Origin: TPA_inf: Saccharomyces | Taxonomy: Eukaryota | Length of the DNA stretch: 64,000 nucleotides | Assembly: GCA_000146045.2 (NCBI GenBank) | Contig: BK006947.3 | Coordinates: 64,001-128,000 of the forward strand | Direction of reading: 5' to 3' | Shown: piece after piece, positions 12,584 through 23,896 of the stretch | Layout: each line of letters opens with the position of its first letter | How positions within the stretch are numbered: position 1 is the first letter of the stretch | Translations under genes and position numbers: made by a program | Notes under the pieces: model-generated | Databases searched by the model: none | Seen by the model: the letters and a program-made list of their open reading frames with translations, nothing else | Told to the model about the DNA's origin: nothing

Positions 12584-12945
12584 ATGAATGGTGTGTAACA
12601 GGTCAAGTTGGTTTACTTTCTTTGAAAATCACTTGTATTGCATACAGTCTACAGGCTTTATTTAGCTGGGCTTAGGTCACCTTAATTATTAACACGGACG
12701 ATTTAAAGGTCATCCACGACGACCAGCCGGCTTTATCAGAAAGTGGGATAATGAAGACTTCGCAATGACTTTATGAAGAATAAGAGCAGGAGGTTTGAGG
12801 AAGTCTGCAACTCGATCTGAAGAGAGTATTTGTTAGCTGCTAGGACAATATTGGTATACCCCTTTAGTGTGCTCAATTTTTGGTGAAAGCAGACCGTATC
12901 ATTAGATCATTGCAGAAGTAGTGAGATTTAGTCGTACGTTACGTC

Positions 12946-14520
12946 ATGGAACACCAAGCACTTCGAAGGCTTGTACTGTACTGCCCCAATTTCATCCGAC
13001 GTGGTGCTCTTAGGCAAAATATGACTAGAGTGAGCTGTAGACATATGTCAGGCAAGGGTGGAGGGAGAGATGAGAAAGGTGATTGCAATGAAGAAAAGGA
13101 TTCTTCCAAAGATTTGGGGAGGGTACCGTCGAAGATGAAACGAGCATATGATGGTGAAACAGTTATTAAAGAGGGAGATTCGCATGCTGAGTCGCTAGCG
13201 CAGCAGGGAAAGCAGCCCACAGACCTCGCATATAACAGCAGATCGAAGATATCTGGTTCTAATTTGCATTTATTGGTTCCTAGAGTTGCGTCTACAGACT
13301 ATATTTCGAATAAAGAGGTTCACACGGAGGGCCTGTTTGCCGGCTATCGACCCTTGTTTCTGGGGAACTCAGGTTTTCCGTCTGATGCAAGAAAGGGTAA
13401 AAACTTTCATGAGTTAGACGACGTTCTTCCCAATATACAGGTAGTGGACGCTTCCGAGAAAGATGGCAAACTCAATGTGCAGGAGATTATTGAGGACTTA
13501 CAAAGAACAAGTTTGAGAGAAAGCATTCATAGTATGGAACAGTTACCATCTTCGCACAAACGTAAACCCGTAATACCGTGGGACGCATCTATAAGTGGCA
13601 TGGTTTATAATGACATGCCTTTCAAATATGTGCCCAAAAATATTATTCTGAAAATGAAGCCATTTAAACTTTTGCGTATTGAGAGAAAAAGTCAAGCGAA
13701 GAATGCAAGAAAGCCTACTATGATAAAACTTCAGTTTCACAATCGAAGAATCAATGACACCCCAGAGTTAGTGAATTTATACCATAATAAATCCCGTTTG
13801 CACGAGTCACTTTACAATACAAAACCCCTTCAAGAATCTGGATATTCAAGTGCAAATACAAGTAAAAGACAGAAAATGTTAAAAGCAAGAAGCGACTTTG
13901 AACATAAACAGAAAAATTATGCATACAAACACACATTTATCAAAAATGATCAGGAACTGTTCCGCAATGAACTAACTAAGTTAAATAAGATACTTGCTAG
14001 AGAATTCAAAAAATTGACAAAGCTATCCATACATAATGAGTTCAAGAGAGAACACTTGCCCCTGGCCGTTTATGTGAGCAAATCAAAGGGCACAAAGAAA
14101 CTGTTTAGAAGATCACTGAAGATGAAAATCATGGACCACATATACCCAGTTTATACCACGATATTGTCAACTTTAACAAATTCCAGAGACTCTAAGAAAT
14201 TTGAAAACAAAATCAAGGCGTATATTGAAAAAATCATAGTGCGGTTATCAGATGAAGTACCATCCACATATTTTTTCCAAGATGGCGTAGATTGTATTAT
14301 TCAACCAAGTCCGATTCATAATTTCAAGAGAATGCATTGGTTAAGATACACCAAGAGGCACAATACCTTTTGGGGGAGGACTATACATAAGGACGTTCAA
14401 GTCAGCTTCAATGACAAGTATGTTGTTACTAGGAGCGGCGTGAGGTATACGAGGTATCCCACTAATTTGAATACACAATTATTGGAAACTGCATTTGAAG
14501 AATGGGACTACTATGAGTGA
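12946..14520 (+). CDS. MRX6: Mitochondrial protein, PET20-domain family (524 aa)
   Basis: A 524-aa ORF between MON2 and RIM21. Its length and synteny match YNL295W. Confidence 0.8.
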
Positions 14521-14658
14521 TTTTGCATTGAGTACTTATCCACTGCTCTATTATGTGACATATTCGCAATTCGTGTAAATATTATGCATATGCATCTTGA
14601 GCATGCATGGAATATATAAATATGTAGGTTTGTTGTAATACTGTTTCTGCTGTGTCCT

Positions 14659-16260
14659 TCAAATATGGCCTATATGGTCGCTGGTAAAAGTGGCAGAGCT
14701 ATTGTTATTGCCTTCACTGCCAACTTCATATTCATCGTCATCTTCATCTTCCGCGTTCTCATCGTCATCTTCATCTGAATTGAAAACGACATCCTTTGTC
14801 GAATAAATGTATATGCCTGGTTTGTCTAATCCCAACCGTTTCCTGACCATGGCCTTTCTCTGTTTGGTTTTTTCATTTTTCGAGCTGCTGCTATTATTGT
14901 GGCCTACGCTTTTCTGGACGATTTGGTCTGTAAAGTATAAAATTTTATCACGCGCATAGCCTAATTTCTTCAGCGCTACATCTTTATAAGTTCCCCTATC
15001 ATTGAAATGCATTCGATCAATGCTTCTGCCCACTGATATCTGATCTTCTGGGTCGTAGCGTGATATGGTCTGTAAATCACATACTTCCGAATTACTTGAC
15101 GTATCGTGCCGATCCGTTGATGCGTCCTGAGATTCCCTCCTGGTTAAAGCGTTTTGAACCCTTAAGGCGTACTTGGCAAACCGATAGTCTTGTTGCTCTT
15201 CCTCGAAGATAGGTCTTCCCAAAATGCTTTGCGCTTCCTCTTTTCTTTCCAAAACATTTAATCTATCCAGCCACTCCCATGTGATCACGGTCGAAGTGAC
15301 ATAGCATGTCGTGTTAAACACTTCACCCAGTTCCGATATCCATAAGTTCGACACATCGGCAAGGAAGAAACCCGGTAATAGAAGCACCACAAGAATAGTC
15401 AATAGCGTAAGTAAACCCATTTGATTGAATTTAAACCACAATTTTTTTTTCTGCCAGATGTGATAAATGACGATTGATGCATATGACGTGGCGATGGCAA
15501 TACGGAAAAGGTAAACAAATGGCCGCAGAATCTGCCAGTCATTTCTGTGTTTTGTAGTATGGTTAGCAAACGGTGGAATTACCCATAAAATATTTGCGGT
15601 TATTGTTAATATCACCCCAATAAAAAAAATTATTCTCTTTTCCTGAGCTCTTTGAAATAGCCTAATGACAATGCCGACTTGGCAAAATTGGAACATTAAA
15701 GTAGCCAAGAAATCCAAGACAACAAATGTCATATCATCGGAAAAGATGTGCATAATGGAATGAGCCCGAACGACACCATAGACATTGTGCTCTTTTTCCA
15801 ATCTCCGCAACACCTTCGTGATAAAAATCGTTAAGTTCAACGAGGCTAACAACGAGGCTATCCTCAGTAGTTGTAGAATTCTCTTATATGCGCGCCCGCT
15901 GATATTTATACAGCATATCACAGTCAGGAACACTGTGATGACAAAATTAGAAGTTATCGACAAAATCACAGCATAAATCGCATACTCAGCAGAACCGCCG
16001 ACATAATCGCTTACTTGAATGAATTTTTGCCAGTCATTGATCACCTCATCAAGATACCTATATGGGGAAGAGTTTCTTAGCACCGTAGATACATAAACGG
16101 GCACTCTTTCACAGCAGAAACTCCTAAAAGTAATATCTTCTGCATATACTGCCGAATTGTCATAAAGAGGCAATTGTATCAGCACCCCTGAACCTAGCTT
16201 CATTGGATGACAGCTATTGTAAGCAGCCAATTCTTCTGGACTATGTCTCCACAAGTTCAT
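14659..16260 (-). CDS. RIM21: Multi-pass membrane pH sensor of the Rim101 pathway (533 aa)
   Basis: A 533-aa ORF with several predicted TM helices and an acidic C-terminal tail. Length and synteny match YNL294C. Confidence 0.88.
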   Translation of the reverse strand: MNLWRHSPEELAAYNSCHPMKLGSGVLIQLPLYDNSAVYAEDITFRSFCCERVPVYVSTVLRNSSPYRYLDEVINDWQKFIQVSDYVGGSAEYAIYAVILSITSNFVITVFLTVICCINISGRAYKRILQLLRIASLLASLNLTIFITKVLRRLEKEHNVYGVVRAHSIMHIFSDDMTFVVLDFLATLMFQFCQVGIVIRLFQRAQEKRIIFFIGVILTITANILWVIPPFANHTTKHRNDWQILRPFVYLFRIAIATSYASIVIYHIWQKKKLWFKFNQMGLLTLLTILVVLLLPGFFLADVSNLWISELGEVFNTTCYVTSTVITWEWLDRLNVLERKEEAQSILGRPIFEEEQQDYRFAKYALRVQNALTRRESQDASTDRHDTSSNSEVCDLQTISRYDPEDQISVGRSIDRMHFNDRGTYKDVALKKLGYARDKILYFTDQIVQKSVGHNNSSSSKNEKTKQRKAMVRKRLGLDKPGIYIYSTKDVVFNSDEDDDENAEDEDDDEYEVGSEGNNNSSATFTSDHIGHI

Positions 16261-16639
16261 GTTTGCAGAATCGACTATTCATCGAGTGTCTTCCTCCTTA
16301 TGTGCTACTAAAAACGATAGTCTAAAATGACTGATTAAGTGCGCACAGGAAAGAAGAAAACAGGTAAAGGACACCGAATCTGTAGTACCAGTCTTTTGTC
16401 TTTCTTGTAACTAAACGATGTGGGTTGCTCTTCTAAAGTACTTATCTTTACTCGCCGATACAACGGGTTCCATCTTCTCTTTCAATAGCTGCTATTTTTC
16501 TGTTCGGGCAGTATCAGAATTAACAGGATCAAACCTCGTTTATGTCACGTAGAAAGAAAGTAGCTAAAAATAGCTAAAGGGACATCTAGAAGCTTTGTAG
16601 GAGTCAAAGAGTTGCGCACCCAGAACCATTGTAATTAGC

Positions 16640-18541
16640 ATGCAGAACGATCAACAGAGGTTCTCCCTGCAAAATAGGACGGTACTGGCGCATCCATACA
16701 AAAGGCTAGGAGGGGCATTTACGGTGAAATCACCGTCTGTTCCTAACTTTCATGATAAAATGCATTCAGATCATAGTTCTAGCGACTCAGCTCTGGTGAA
16801 CGGAAGCTTTAGAGCGAATGATCATCGCTCTGTGGAACCAAGTTGTTTGGGCCAAGCATCCCCCTCTGAACATGATGGGAATTTAAGCGTTATTGACCTG
16901 TATGGAGACGAAGTGGAATCCCAACGTGCCGAAGGAGAGGATGATGATGATAATAATGGCGATAATGGTAACGAAGATCTGGAGGAAGTGCACAGTGATG
17001 ACCTCGATTTGGTTCCTGATGATGACAACCGTCAGCGTGTAGAATTGGAGGGTGCCGCTAGTGCCACAAGTGCGAATTCCAATGGAATCAACAATACCCA
17101 TTTTGATCGATACGGTTTCAAAAAACAGAATAATTACATATCTGAAGCAGAATACGATAAGTGGTGGGTAGAATATTCGCAGTACTGCGTTCGCCGTAAG
17201 CACAAATGGCAATTGCTGTTGGAGAAAAGTGGGTTGCCAGTGACCGATGATTCTCCTTCACGATTTCCATCAAAGAGTGAACGGTTAAAAAGGTATGTCA
17301 GAAAGGGCATTCCAGCGGAATGGAGAGGAAATGCATGGTGGCATTTCGCTAGAGGGCAAGAGAAGTTAAACAAGAATAAAGGCGTCTATTCACAACTTTT
17401 ACGAAAGATGAAGCAGATCAAGAAACAAAACCCTAATGAAAAACAAGTTCAAGACTTGGATATTATTGAACGTGACTTGAATAGAACATTTCCGGACAAT
17501 ATACATTTCCAAAGTAGCTTGCATAACAAAGAGGGACCTCCGATTATAAAATCTTTACGCCGGGTGCTTGTTGCGTTCTCTCTCTACAATCCGAAGATTG
17601 GCTATTGTCAATCTATGAACTTTCTTGCAGGCTTGCTATTGTTATTTTTAGACGAGGAAAGGGCCTTTTGGATGCTAGTGATTATTACTTCAAGATACCT
17701 ACCGGGGGTGCATAATATCAATCTAGAAGGTGTTAACATCGACCAAGGGGTACTGATGCTATGTGTCAAAGAATATATTCCAGAAGTTTGGTCGTACATT
17801 AAGCCTTCCATTGACCACCACCAAAAAAATAACAAAACTTTTTCTCCGTCAAATAAAAAAGTTTTATTCAATATGCAAAAGAATGAGTTCTTGTACAGAC
17901 TTCCGCCCATTACTTTGTGCACGGCGAGCTGGTTCATGAGTTGCTTTGTCGGTGTAGTGCCGATAGAGACCACGCTTAGAATATGGGATTGTCTGTTTTA
18001 CGAGGAATCACATTTTCTATTCAAAGTTTCGTTGGCTGTCTTAAAATTGAGCGAGCATGACCTTTCGAAAATAAAACCTCGTAACAATTCGTTGAATTAT
18101 TCTTGGGGCTCTAACTTAAACCAGAGAGGCGGATCAATGGGCCAAGAAGATAGCGATATGGAAATTTTTCAGGTCATACAGACATTCCCTAAGACATTAT
18201 TGAACCCAAATGAGATCTTTGAGAAAATCATTTTCAAAAGGAGATTTAATTTAAATAGGTTAGATCAGGATGAAATAGACAGGTGTCGAAAATTTGTTGC
18301 CGCTCAGCGTCTCAAATTTAAGACATATGGTGAACTTCTTGGAAATTCAACATCAGAGGCAGATTTGCCAATTAATGATAATACAGATAATAAAGGTATC
18401 CACATAACAAGTGATGCAGTCAATGAAGCATTATCTTCAGAGGTATATGGGTTTAAAAAGAGCCTAGCTGGAGTTCATTGGAATAATAGCATCAAGGAGA
18501 AAGTGAAGCAGATGAGGAAGAAAAAAGACAAGGGTGACTAA
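16640..18541 (+). CDS. MSB3: TBC-domain Rab GTPase-activating protein (633 aa)
   Basis: Has the TBC arginine-finger motif (IERDLNRTF) and glutamine-finger motif (YCQSMNF). The 633-aa length matches YNL293W. Confidence 0.92.
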   Translation: MQNDQQRFSLQNRTVLAHPYKRLGGAFTVKSPSVPNFHDKMHSDHSSSDSALVNGSFRANDHRSVEPSCLGQASPSEHDGNLSVIDLYGDEVESQRAEGEDDDDNNGDNGNEDLEEVHSDDLDLVPDDDNRQRVELEGAASATSANSNGINNTHFDRYGFKKQNNYISEAEYDKWWVEYSQYCVRRKHKWQLLLEKSGLPVTDDSPSRFPSKSERLKRYVRKGIPAEWRGNAWWHFARGQEKLNKNKGVYSQLLRKMKQIKKQNPNEKQVQDLDIIERDLNRTFPDNIHFQSSLHNKEGPPIIKSLRRVLVAFSLYNPKIGYCQSMNFLAGLLLLFLDEERAFWMLVIITSRYLPGVHNINLEGVNIDQGVLMLCVKEYIPEVWSYIKPSIDHHQKNNKTFSPSNKKVLFNMQKNEFLYRLPPITLCTASWFMSCFVGVVPIETTLRIWDCLFYEESHFLFKVSLAVLKLSEHDLSKIKPRNNSLNYSWGSNLNQRGGSMGQEDSDMEIFQVIQTFPKTLLNPNEIFEKIIFKRRFNLNRLDQDEIDRCRKFVAAQRLKFKTYGELLGNSTSEADLPINDNTDNKGIHITSDAVNEALSSEVYGFKKSLAGVHWNNSIKEKVKQMRKKKDKGD

Positions 18542-18805
18542 CTTTTGCTTCCTGTTTTTGTTTTTGCATAAACAAATATGTGATAATTAACTAGCATATA
18601 AAACATATACATATACACAGACTTATTTTTTTTTGAGCATCTATATTTCAGAGAATTTTGTTTGGCGTTTTTTCTCTGGTATTGATCTGGCAATTTTCCA
18701 TGATATCTTCTAACAGCGAGGTGAAAAATTTGTTAAAGATGAGCTAAGCTTGTAAATTGTGTAAGTTAGGGCATCACATAAAAAGAAAACTCAATCAAGG
18801 GGAAC

Positions 18806-20017
18806 ATGAATGGAATATTTGCTATTGAGAAGCCTAGCGGTATTACATCCAATCAGTTTATGCTAAAGTTGCAACATGCTTTAACTAAAAGTCAAGTATT
18901 CTCGAAGGAAATTCAAAGGGCAACAGCGGAAAGAAAGCAGCAATATGAAAAACAGACAGGTAAGAAGGCCAGCAAGAGGAAACTTCGTAAAGTCTCAAAG
19001 GTAAAGATGGGACACGGAGGCACTTTGGATCCGTTGGCCTCTGGTGTCCTGGTAATTGGGATTGGAGCGGGCACCAAAAAACTTGCAAATTATCTTTCAG
19101 GCACCGTTAAAGTCTATGAAAGTGAAGCCCTGTTTGGTGTTTCCACTACTTCAGGAGATGTAGAAGGTGAGATTTTGTCCCAGAACTCCGTTAAACATTT
19201 AAATTTCGATGATTTAAAGACTGTGGAGGAAAAATTTGTTGGACAATTAAAGCAGACGCCGCCAATATACGCAGCTTTGAAGATGGATGGCAAACCCCTG
19301 CATGAATATGCTCGAGAAGGAAAGCCTTTACCTAGAGCCATTGAGCCCAGACAAGTTACTATTTATGACTTGAAGGTGTTTTCAGACTCTCTTAAACGTG
19401 ATCATGACTATCCCTTATTGAGGCCCACTACAGAAGAAGCTGTTGATACCGTGAAAAATTTGAATGCAAACATGCTAAACGATGTTTTATACTTTTCAAA
19501 AGAATATACAGAGAAGCACGGCCTTGATTCTGAGGTGGCAAAGGTAGAAGAACCATTTCCGCTGAGTGAACAAGAAGAGCAAGAAATCCAAAAAGAAGGA
19601 GATTCTTATAGGGCTCCAAAATTGCACTTCAAAGCTAATGTGTCTTCTGGAACATACATAAGGTCCTTAGTGAGCGACATCGGTAAATCTATGAGGAGCT
19701 CATGTTATATGGTGAAATTGATACGTTTGCAACAGCAGGACTGGTCTCTTGAAAAAAATAATGTGTTCCAATTAACGGATTTTACTGAAAGAGACGAGAA
19801 GGTGTGGAGTAAGGTACTGGAGAAGGTTCTAGACGAGGGAGCAACTGTTGATGTTATAGAAGAGCTAAAGAAAGCAGAAAAGGAAATACCAGCGGACGTG
19901 AAGGAATGTATAGTTTCGAGTGATCAACCTGGTGATGAGGCTACGGCTGAAACAATTGAAACTGCTAACGCCGAAGAACATTCTAATACACTAAAAAGAA
20001 AAATCGAACAGGTGTAA
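18806..20017 (+). CDS. PUS4: tRNA pseudouridine-55 synthase, TruB family (403 aa)
   Basis: Contains the TruB catalytic motif GHGGTLDPLASGVLVIG. Length is 403 aa. Confidence 0.93.
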   Translation: MNGIFAIEKPSGITSNQFMLKLQHALTKSQVFSKEIQRATAERKQQYEKQTGKKASKRKLRKVSKVKMGHGGTLDPLASGVLVIGIGAGTKKLANYLSGTVKVYESEALFGVSTTSGDVEGEILSQNSVKHLNFDDLKTVEEKFVGQLKQTPPIYAALKMDGKPLHEYAREGKPLPRAIEPRQVTIYDLKVFSDSLKRDHDYPLLRPTTEEAVDTVKNLNANMLNDVLYFSKEYTEKHGLDSEVAKVEEPFPLSEQEEQEIQKEGDSYRAPKLHFKANVSSGTYIRSLVSDIGKSMRSSCYMVKLIRLQQQDWSLEKNNVFQLTDFTERDEKVWSKVLEKVLDEGATVDVIEELKKAEKEIPADVKECIVSSDQPGDEATAETIETANAEEHSNTLKRKIEQV

Positions 20018-20168
20018 AAAAGAGGAAGTTCGAACCATTTTTTTTTTTGGTCTTGTGAAGACTACGCTCTCATTTTATCTATTTTTTTATGTGTATATAT
20101 GATTTAAAAAAAATCGATGTACTTATGCATTTAAATCGTTCAATTTTTTTGTGATAGTTCGGTCTCTT

Positions 20169-21815
20169 CTACGTATCGTCCAATGGATGAATTACCATCA
20201 AGGATGAGTTACCTATATAATTACAGGTTGAGTAGTCAGTGTCCATATAGAAATTGTAACTTTGATAAAGAAGATCTTCCGTAGTAAGATCATTCGGACA
20301 GGAAAATTGAAAATCGCTTGGGCAATTTCGTACTAATGTATAGCACATGTCAATACAAGGTAGAATTTCGTAATAGTCATCCAAAGGTTTAATAAATTTA
20401 TTCAAATAATCATTACGGTTGTGACTTTTATCTCTGTGGATGTAGTATTGGGAAGACGTCGTGGTGCATCTCGGAATTGATACTGCACATACCCAATCAC
20501 GATAAGCTTCGGCACAATCGTCACAAGTCATGACCGGAGAATATCTTGCGTCTTTGTCTGCGTCACAGGATATTAACTGTAGAGCTTTGCTAAAATTTGC
20601 ATATAGTGCCTCTGCAATGTGGTCATATGTCTGCGCCATGAGAGTTTTATTACCCACAGAAAATGAGGATGTAGGAACAGAGTAAGCGACGTCACTGCAG
20701 AAGTCCAAACCAAAGATCAAAGAGCAGACATCGGTACTTCTTGTGGTAAAATAAACATGTGAAAATAAAATGCCGCCCACACTTGACAACCCATCACCAT
20801 TACTGATTTTCTTTGTCAGGTACGCTACATAAGTTGTTGAGGCATTCAGTCCTGTCACGTAAAACATTTCTGTCACGCTACCACCATATTCTGTAATTTT
20901 TTTTTGAATCGCCAAGTCAGTACGCTCTAAAGGATTTGTACTATTTGACGTAACTGTTGCATTTGATGTATTTTGGGAAGACACTAAATATGGTCCATTT
21001 TTCACAGCACAAAGAGATAAATTATAGTTTTGGTTTAGTTGAACAGAATCTTCGTACGAGTAAACATACAGATCGTACAAGGATGGATCATATATTGAAT
21101 AATTGTGATAAACTTTGGCGTCTGCGGTGACATTCCCCGTTGATAGTAATGCAGAATTCATATCAGTGTCCAGGACCTCTACCCAAGGCCTTACATCCCA
21201 CTGAAAAACCAAATCGTTCTCAGAGATACTCAGTCTATATTCCCAATTTTCAGAGGCGTCGGAACTGGACAGAGGTTGCTCCGTAGTGGAATTCACTAGC
21301 TCAGCGACCACATAAAGATTTGAATACGTGGAGGTAGCGTTCGAGCTAGAAGACTGCACTGGACTGATGGCTAATGCTTGGATGTAGCCATCCTGAAAAA
21401 CTGCACTTTGACCTATATTTGGGTTCTCTAAAACCGTTTCATTAAAAGAGTAGTATATTGTTAAATCCACATCTGATCTATTCATGGGCATTTGGCATAT
21501 ATTGCCGCTAATAAACATTAACACTTCATACGTGGGAGCAAACCCATAACCGGAGGCTTCTGCGTCAATGGTAAATACAAAACTGTCTTTTTTGCCCGCT
21601 GTTATGTTAGATAAGATCGGGGTCCATTCATAAATGCTATCCGAATTGATGATTGTTTGTTGACCAGTAGCCATAACGTTTTTCTCCCATCTATTTAGGC
21701 TGGGAAACTTTAAGGAAATATTCTTATTTGCGAAAGGATTGAAGTCTTGGAATAAACCGTGAATAGAAGTGGTAAATAGGCAGTAAACCACGAATAGTGC
21801 TTGCCACACTATCAT
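20169..21815 (-). CDS. MID1: Stretch-activated calcium channel component, N-glycosylated, Cys-rich C-terminus (548 aa)
   Basis: A 548-aa ORF with a signal peptide, many N-x-S/T sites and a Cys-rich C-terminal region. Matches YNL291C. Confidence 0.9.
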   Translation of the reverse strand: MIVWQALFVVYCLFTTSIHGLFQDFNPFANKNISLKFPSLNRWEKNVMATGQQTIINSDSIYEWTPILSNITAGKKDSFVFTIDAEASGYGFAPTYEVLMFISGNICQMPMNRSDVDLTIYYSFNETVLENPNIGQSAVFQDGYIQALAISPVQSSSSNATSTYSNLYVVAELVNSTTEQPLSSSDASENWEYRLSISENDLVFQWDVRPWVEVLDTDMNSALLSTGNVTADAKVYHNYSIYDPSLYDLYVYSYEDSVQLNQNYNLSLCAVKNGPYLVSSQNTSNATVTSNSTNPLERTDLAIQKKITEYGGSVTEMFYVTGLNASTTYVAYLTKKISNGDGLSSVGGILFSHVYFTTRSTDVCSLIFGLDFCSDVAYSVPTSSFSVGNKTLMAQTYDHIAEALYANFSKALQLISCDADKDARYSPVMTCDDCAEAYRDWVCAVSIPRCTTTSSQYYIHRDKSHNRNDYLNKFIKPLDDYYEILPCIDMCYTLVRNCPSDFQFSCPNDLTTEDLLYQSYNFYMDTDYSTCNYIGNSSLMVIHPLDDT

Positions 21816-22217
21816 CCTTAGAAATAATACTGCCGCTGGACAGAAATTGTAGTGTTACGGGTTTTACTGCAATTCAGTATGGCAGTTAAGCCAGTCAAGT
21901 ATTTGAGAAATAGCCAAAACGGTACGTCAGCCGGTCGAAATTATTAGGGAAATTTTCCGCAACCAATGGCTCAGTTTCAGTAACCTGTTCTTGAGAAAAC
22001 AACACGTTTACTTGTAGAGTTACTATTGCGGTCCGATGGCAGCGAAACTATATCATTATTATATTATGTATGGCTTCTCAATTTTGATCTTTTTTTTTTT
22101 TGGTCAGTACGCGATTTTGAAAGAAATGGAAAGAAGCTATAAAGAGCACAGGATAAATATCTTTTCAAAGCTTGAATAATTTTATAAAAGGTGTAGGAAC
22201 AGGCCCGACATACAAGA

Positions 22218-23240
22218 ATGTCGACAAGTACAGAGAAGAGGAGCAAAGAAAACCTTCCATGGGTTGAAAAATACAGACCCGAAACGTTGGACGAAGTGTA
22301 CGGACAAAATGAGGTGATCACCACAGTTCGTAAATTTGTAGATGAAGGTAAATTGCCACATCTTCTATTCTATGGGCCTCCAGGTACCGGTAAAACTTCT
22401 ACAATTGTTGCTTTGGCACGTGAGATATATGGTAAGAATTACTCGAACATGGTTTTGGAGCTGAATGCATCCGATGACAGAGGTATTGATGTGGTGAGGA
22501 ATCAAATTAAAGACTTTGCCTCTACAAGACAAATCTTCTCTAAAGGGTTCAAGTTAATTATACTGGATGAAGCAGATGCCATGACCAATGCCGCACAAAA
22601 TGCGTTGAGAAGAGTTATAGAACGGTACACCAAGAATACGCGGTTCTGTGTATTGGCCAATTATGCGCATAAACTTACACCTGCGTTATTGAGTAGGTGC
22701 ACGAGATTCAGATTTCAGCCCTTGCCCCAAGAGGCCATTGAGCGTCGGATAGCCAACGTCTTGGTGCATGAGAAGCTGAAGTTGTCTCCTAATGCGGAGA
22801 AGGCCTTAATAGAACTTTCTAATGGGGATATGAGACGTGTGTTAAACGTTTTGCAGTCTTGCAAAGCTACTTTAGACAATCCCGACGAGGATGAGATCAG
22901 TGACGACGTTATCTATGAATGCTGTGGGGCACCCAGACCAAGTGACTTAAAGGCAGTATTGAAGTCGATACTGGAGGACGATTGGGGTACCGCCCACTAC
23001 ACACTTAATAAGGTACGCAGTGCCAAGGGTCTCGCGTTGATCGACCTAATCGAGGGCATAGTGAAGATACTGGAAGACTACGAACTTCAAAATGAGGAAA
23101 CAAGAGTGCATTTGCTTACCAAACTGGCCGATATAGAGTACTCGATATCCAAGGGTGGCAACGACCAGATTCAGGGCAGCGCGGTCATTGGCGCCATCAA
23201 GGCCAGCTTCGAGAACGAAACTGTTAAAGCCAACGTATAA
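22218..23240 (+). CDS. RFC3: Replication factor C small subunit, AAA+ clamp loader (340 aa)
   Basis: Has the Walker A motif GPPGTGKTS, the Walker B motif ILDEADAM and the SRC motif (LSRCTRFRF). Length is 340 aa. Confidence 0.95.
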   Translation: MSTSTEKRSKENLPWVEKYRPETLDEVYGQNEVITTVRKFVDEGKLPHLLFYGPPGTGKTSTIVALAREIYGKNYSNMVLELNASDDRGIDVVRNQIKDFASTRQIFSKGFKLIILDEADAMTNAAQNALRRVIERYTKNTRFCVLANYAHKLTPALLSRCTRFRFQPLPQEAIERRIANVLVHEKLKLSPNAEKALIELSNGDMRRVLNVLQSCKATLDNPDEDEISDDVIYECCGAPRPSDLKAVLKSILEDDWGTAHYTLNKVRSAKGLALIDLIEGIVKILEDYELQNEETRVHLLTKLADIEYSISKGGNDQIQGSAVIGAIKASFENETVKANV

Positions 23241-23569
23241 TCGACGCAAATATGTATAGATACAATATGTACAGAACAACTGCATTGTGCAATATAACAA
23301 CATAACACAACGCCCAGAACGAAATAAAAAAAATAAAAGAAATAGATGAAAGCATTTTCAATTTGCATACCGGAAACCGTAAATCAATTGGCGTCTAGCT
23401 AACAACTGAGAATGCGAATCGCCAAATTGTTACAGAAAGTAGCATTCCGTTACGTGATCTGTACTTTAACCTCTTGGACGTAAAGAATGGCAGAACTCTG
23501 GCTCTAGTGTTCTGCGAATGCCAGATCGGGAAATATTTCCCAAAAGGGCAACAGCGGCACGAACAAGAA

Positions 23570-23609
23570 TTTCGTGTTAAAAATCGCGTCCGGCGCGAAA
23601 TTTTTCGCG
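23570..23609. promoter_or_regulatory. Cluster of Swi4/Swi6 cell-cycle box-like elements: TTTCGTG, TCGCGT, CGCGAAA, TTTCGCG. They lie about 290-330 bp upstream of PCL1.
   Basis: The motifs were read directly. PCL1 is a known SBF-regulated G1 cyclin. Confidence 0.55.
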
Positions 23610-23896
23610 GAGGCATGCGACGCAAAAGCGACTCGAAATGTCGGGAGCCAAATGAGGCTACAAGGCTGTGGGCAGATTTTGGCGTTATTATGGAGAATAA
23701 AAGGAATGGTAGCTTCCATATAGCGATAGGAAAACATATATAAGGTCAATAGGCCTACATGGTAATGGGATTGATAAGCTTGTCCTTAACTCTTGTGTCT
23801 TGGAATTACTATTGCGTACATCAGCAATCATCCATTGTCAAGAACAAAAACGATAACAAAAACAATCAATTATACAAATAACAGTAAAGTAATAAA

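Noticed and set aside
8217-12587. Multiple 60-125-aa ORFs on the plus strand inside MON2, including 12273-12587, which overlaps the MON2 start
   Set aside because: All are antisense to a long, well-supported ORF. Their composition is typical of antisense frames. There is no independent support.
21900-22217. MCB element in the RFC3 promoter
   Set aside because: I found only ACGCGA (about 22104), one mismatch from ACGCGT. That is insufficient to call.
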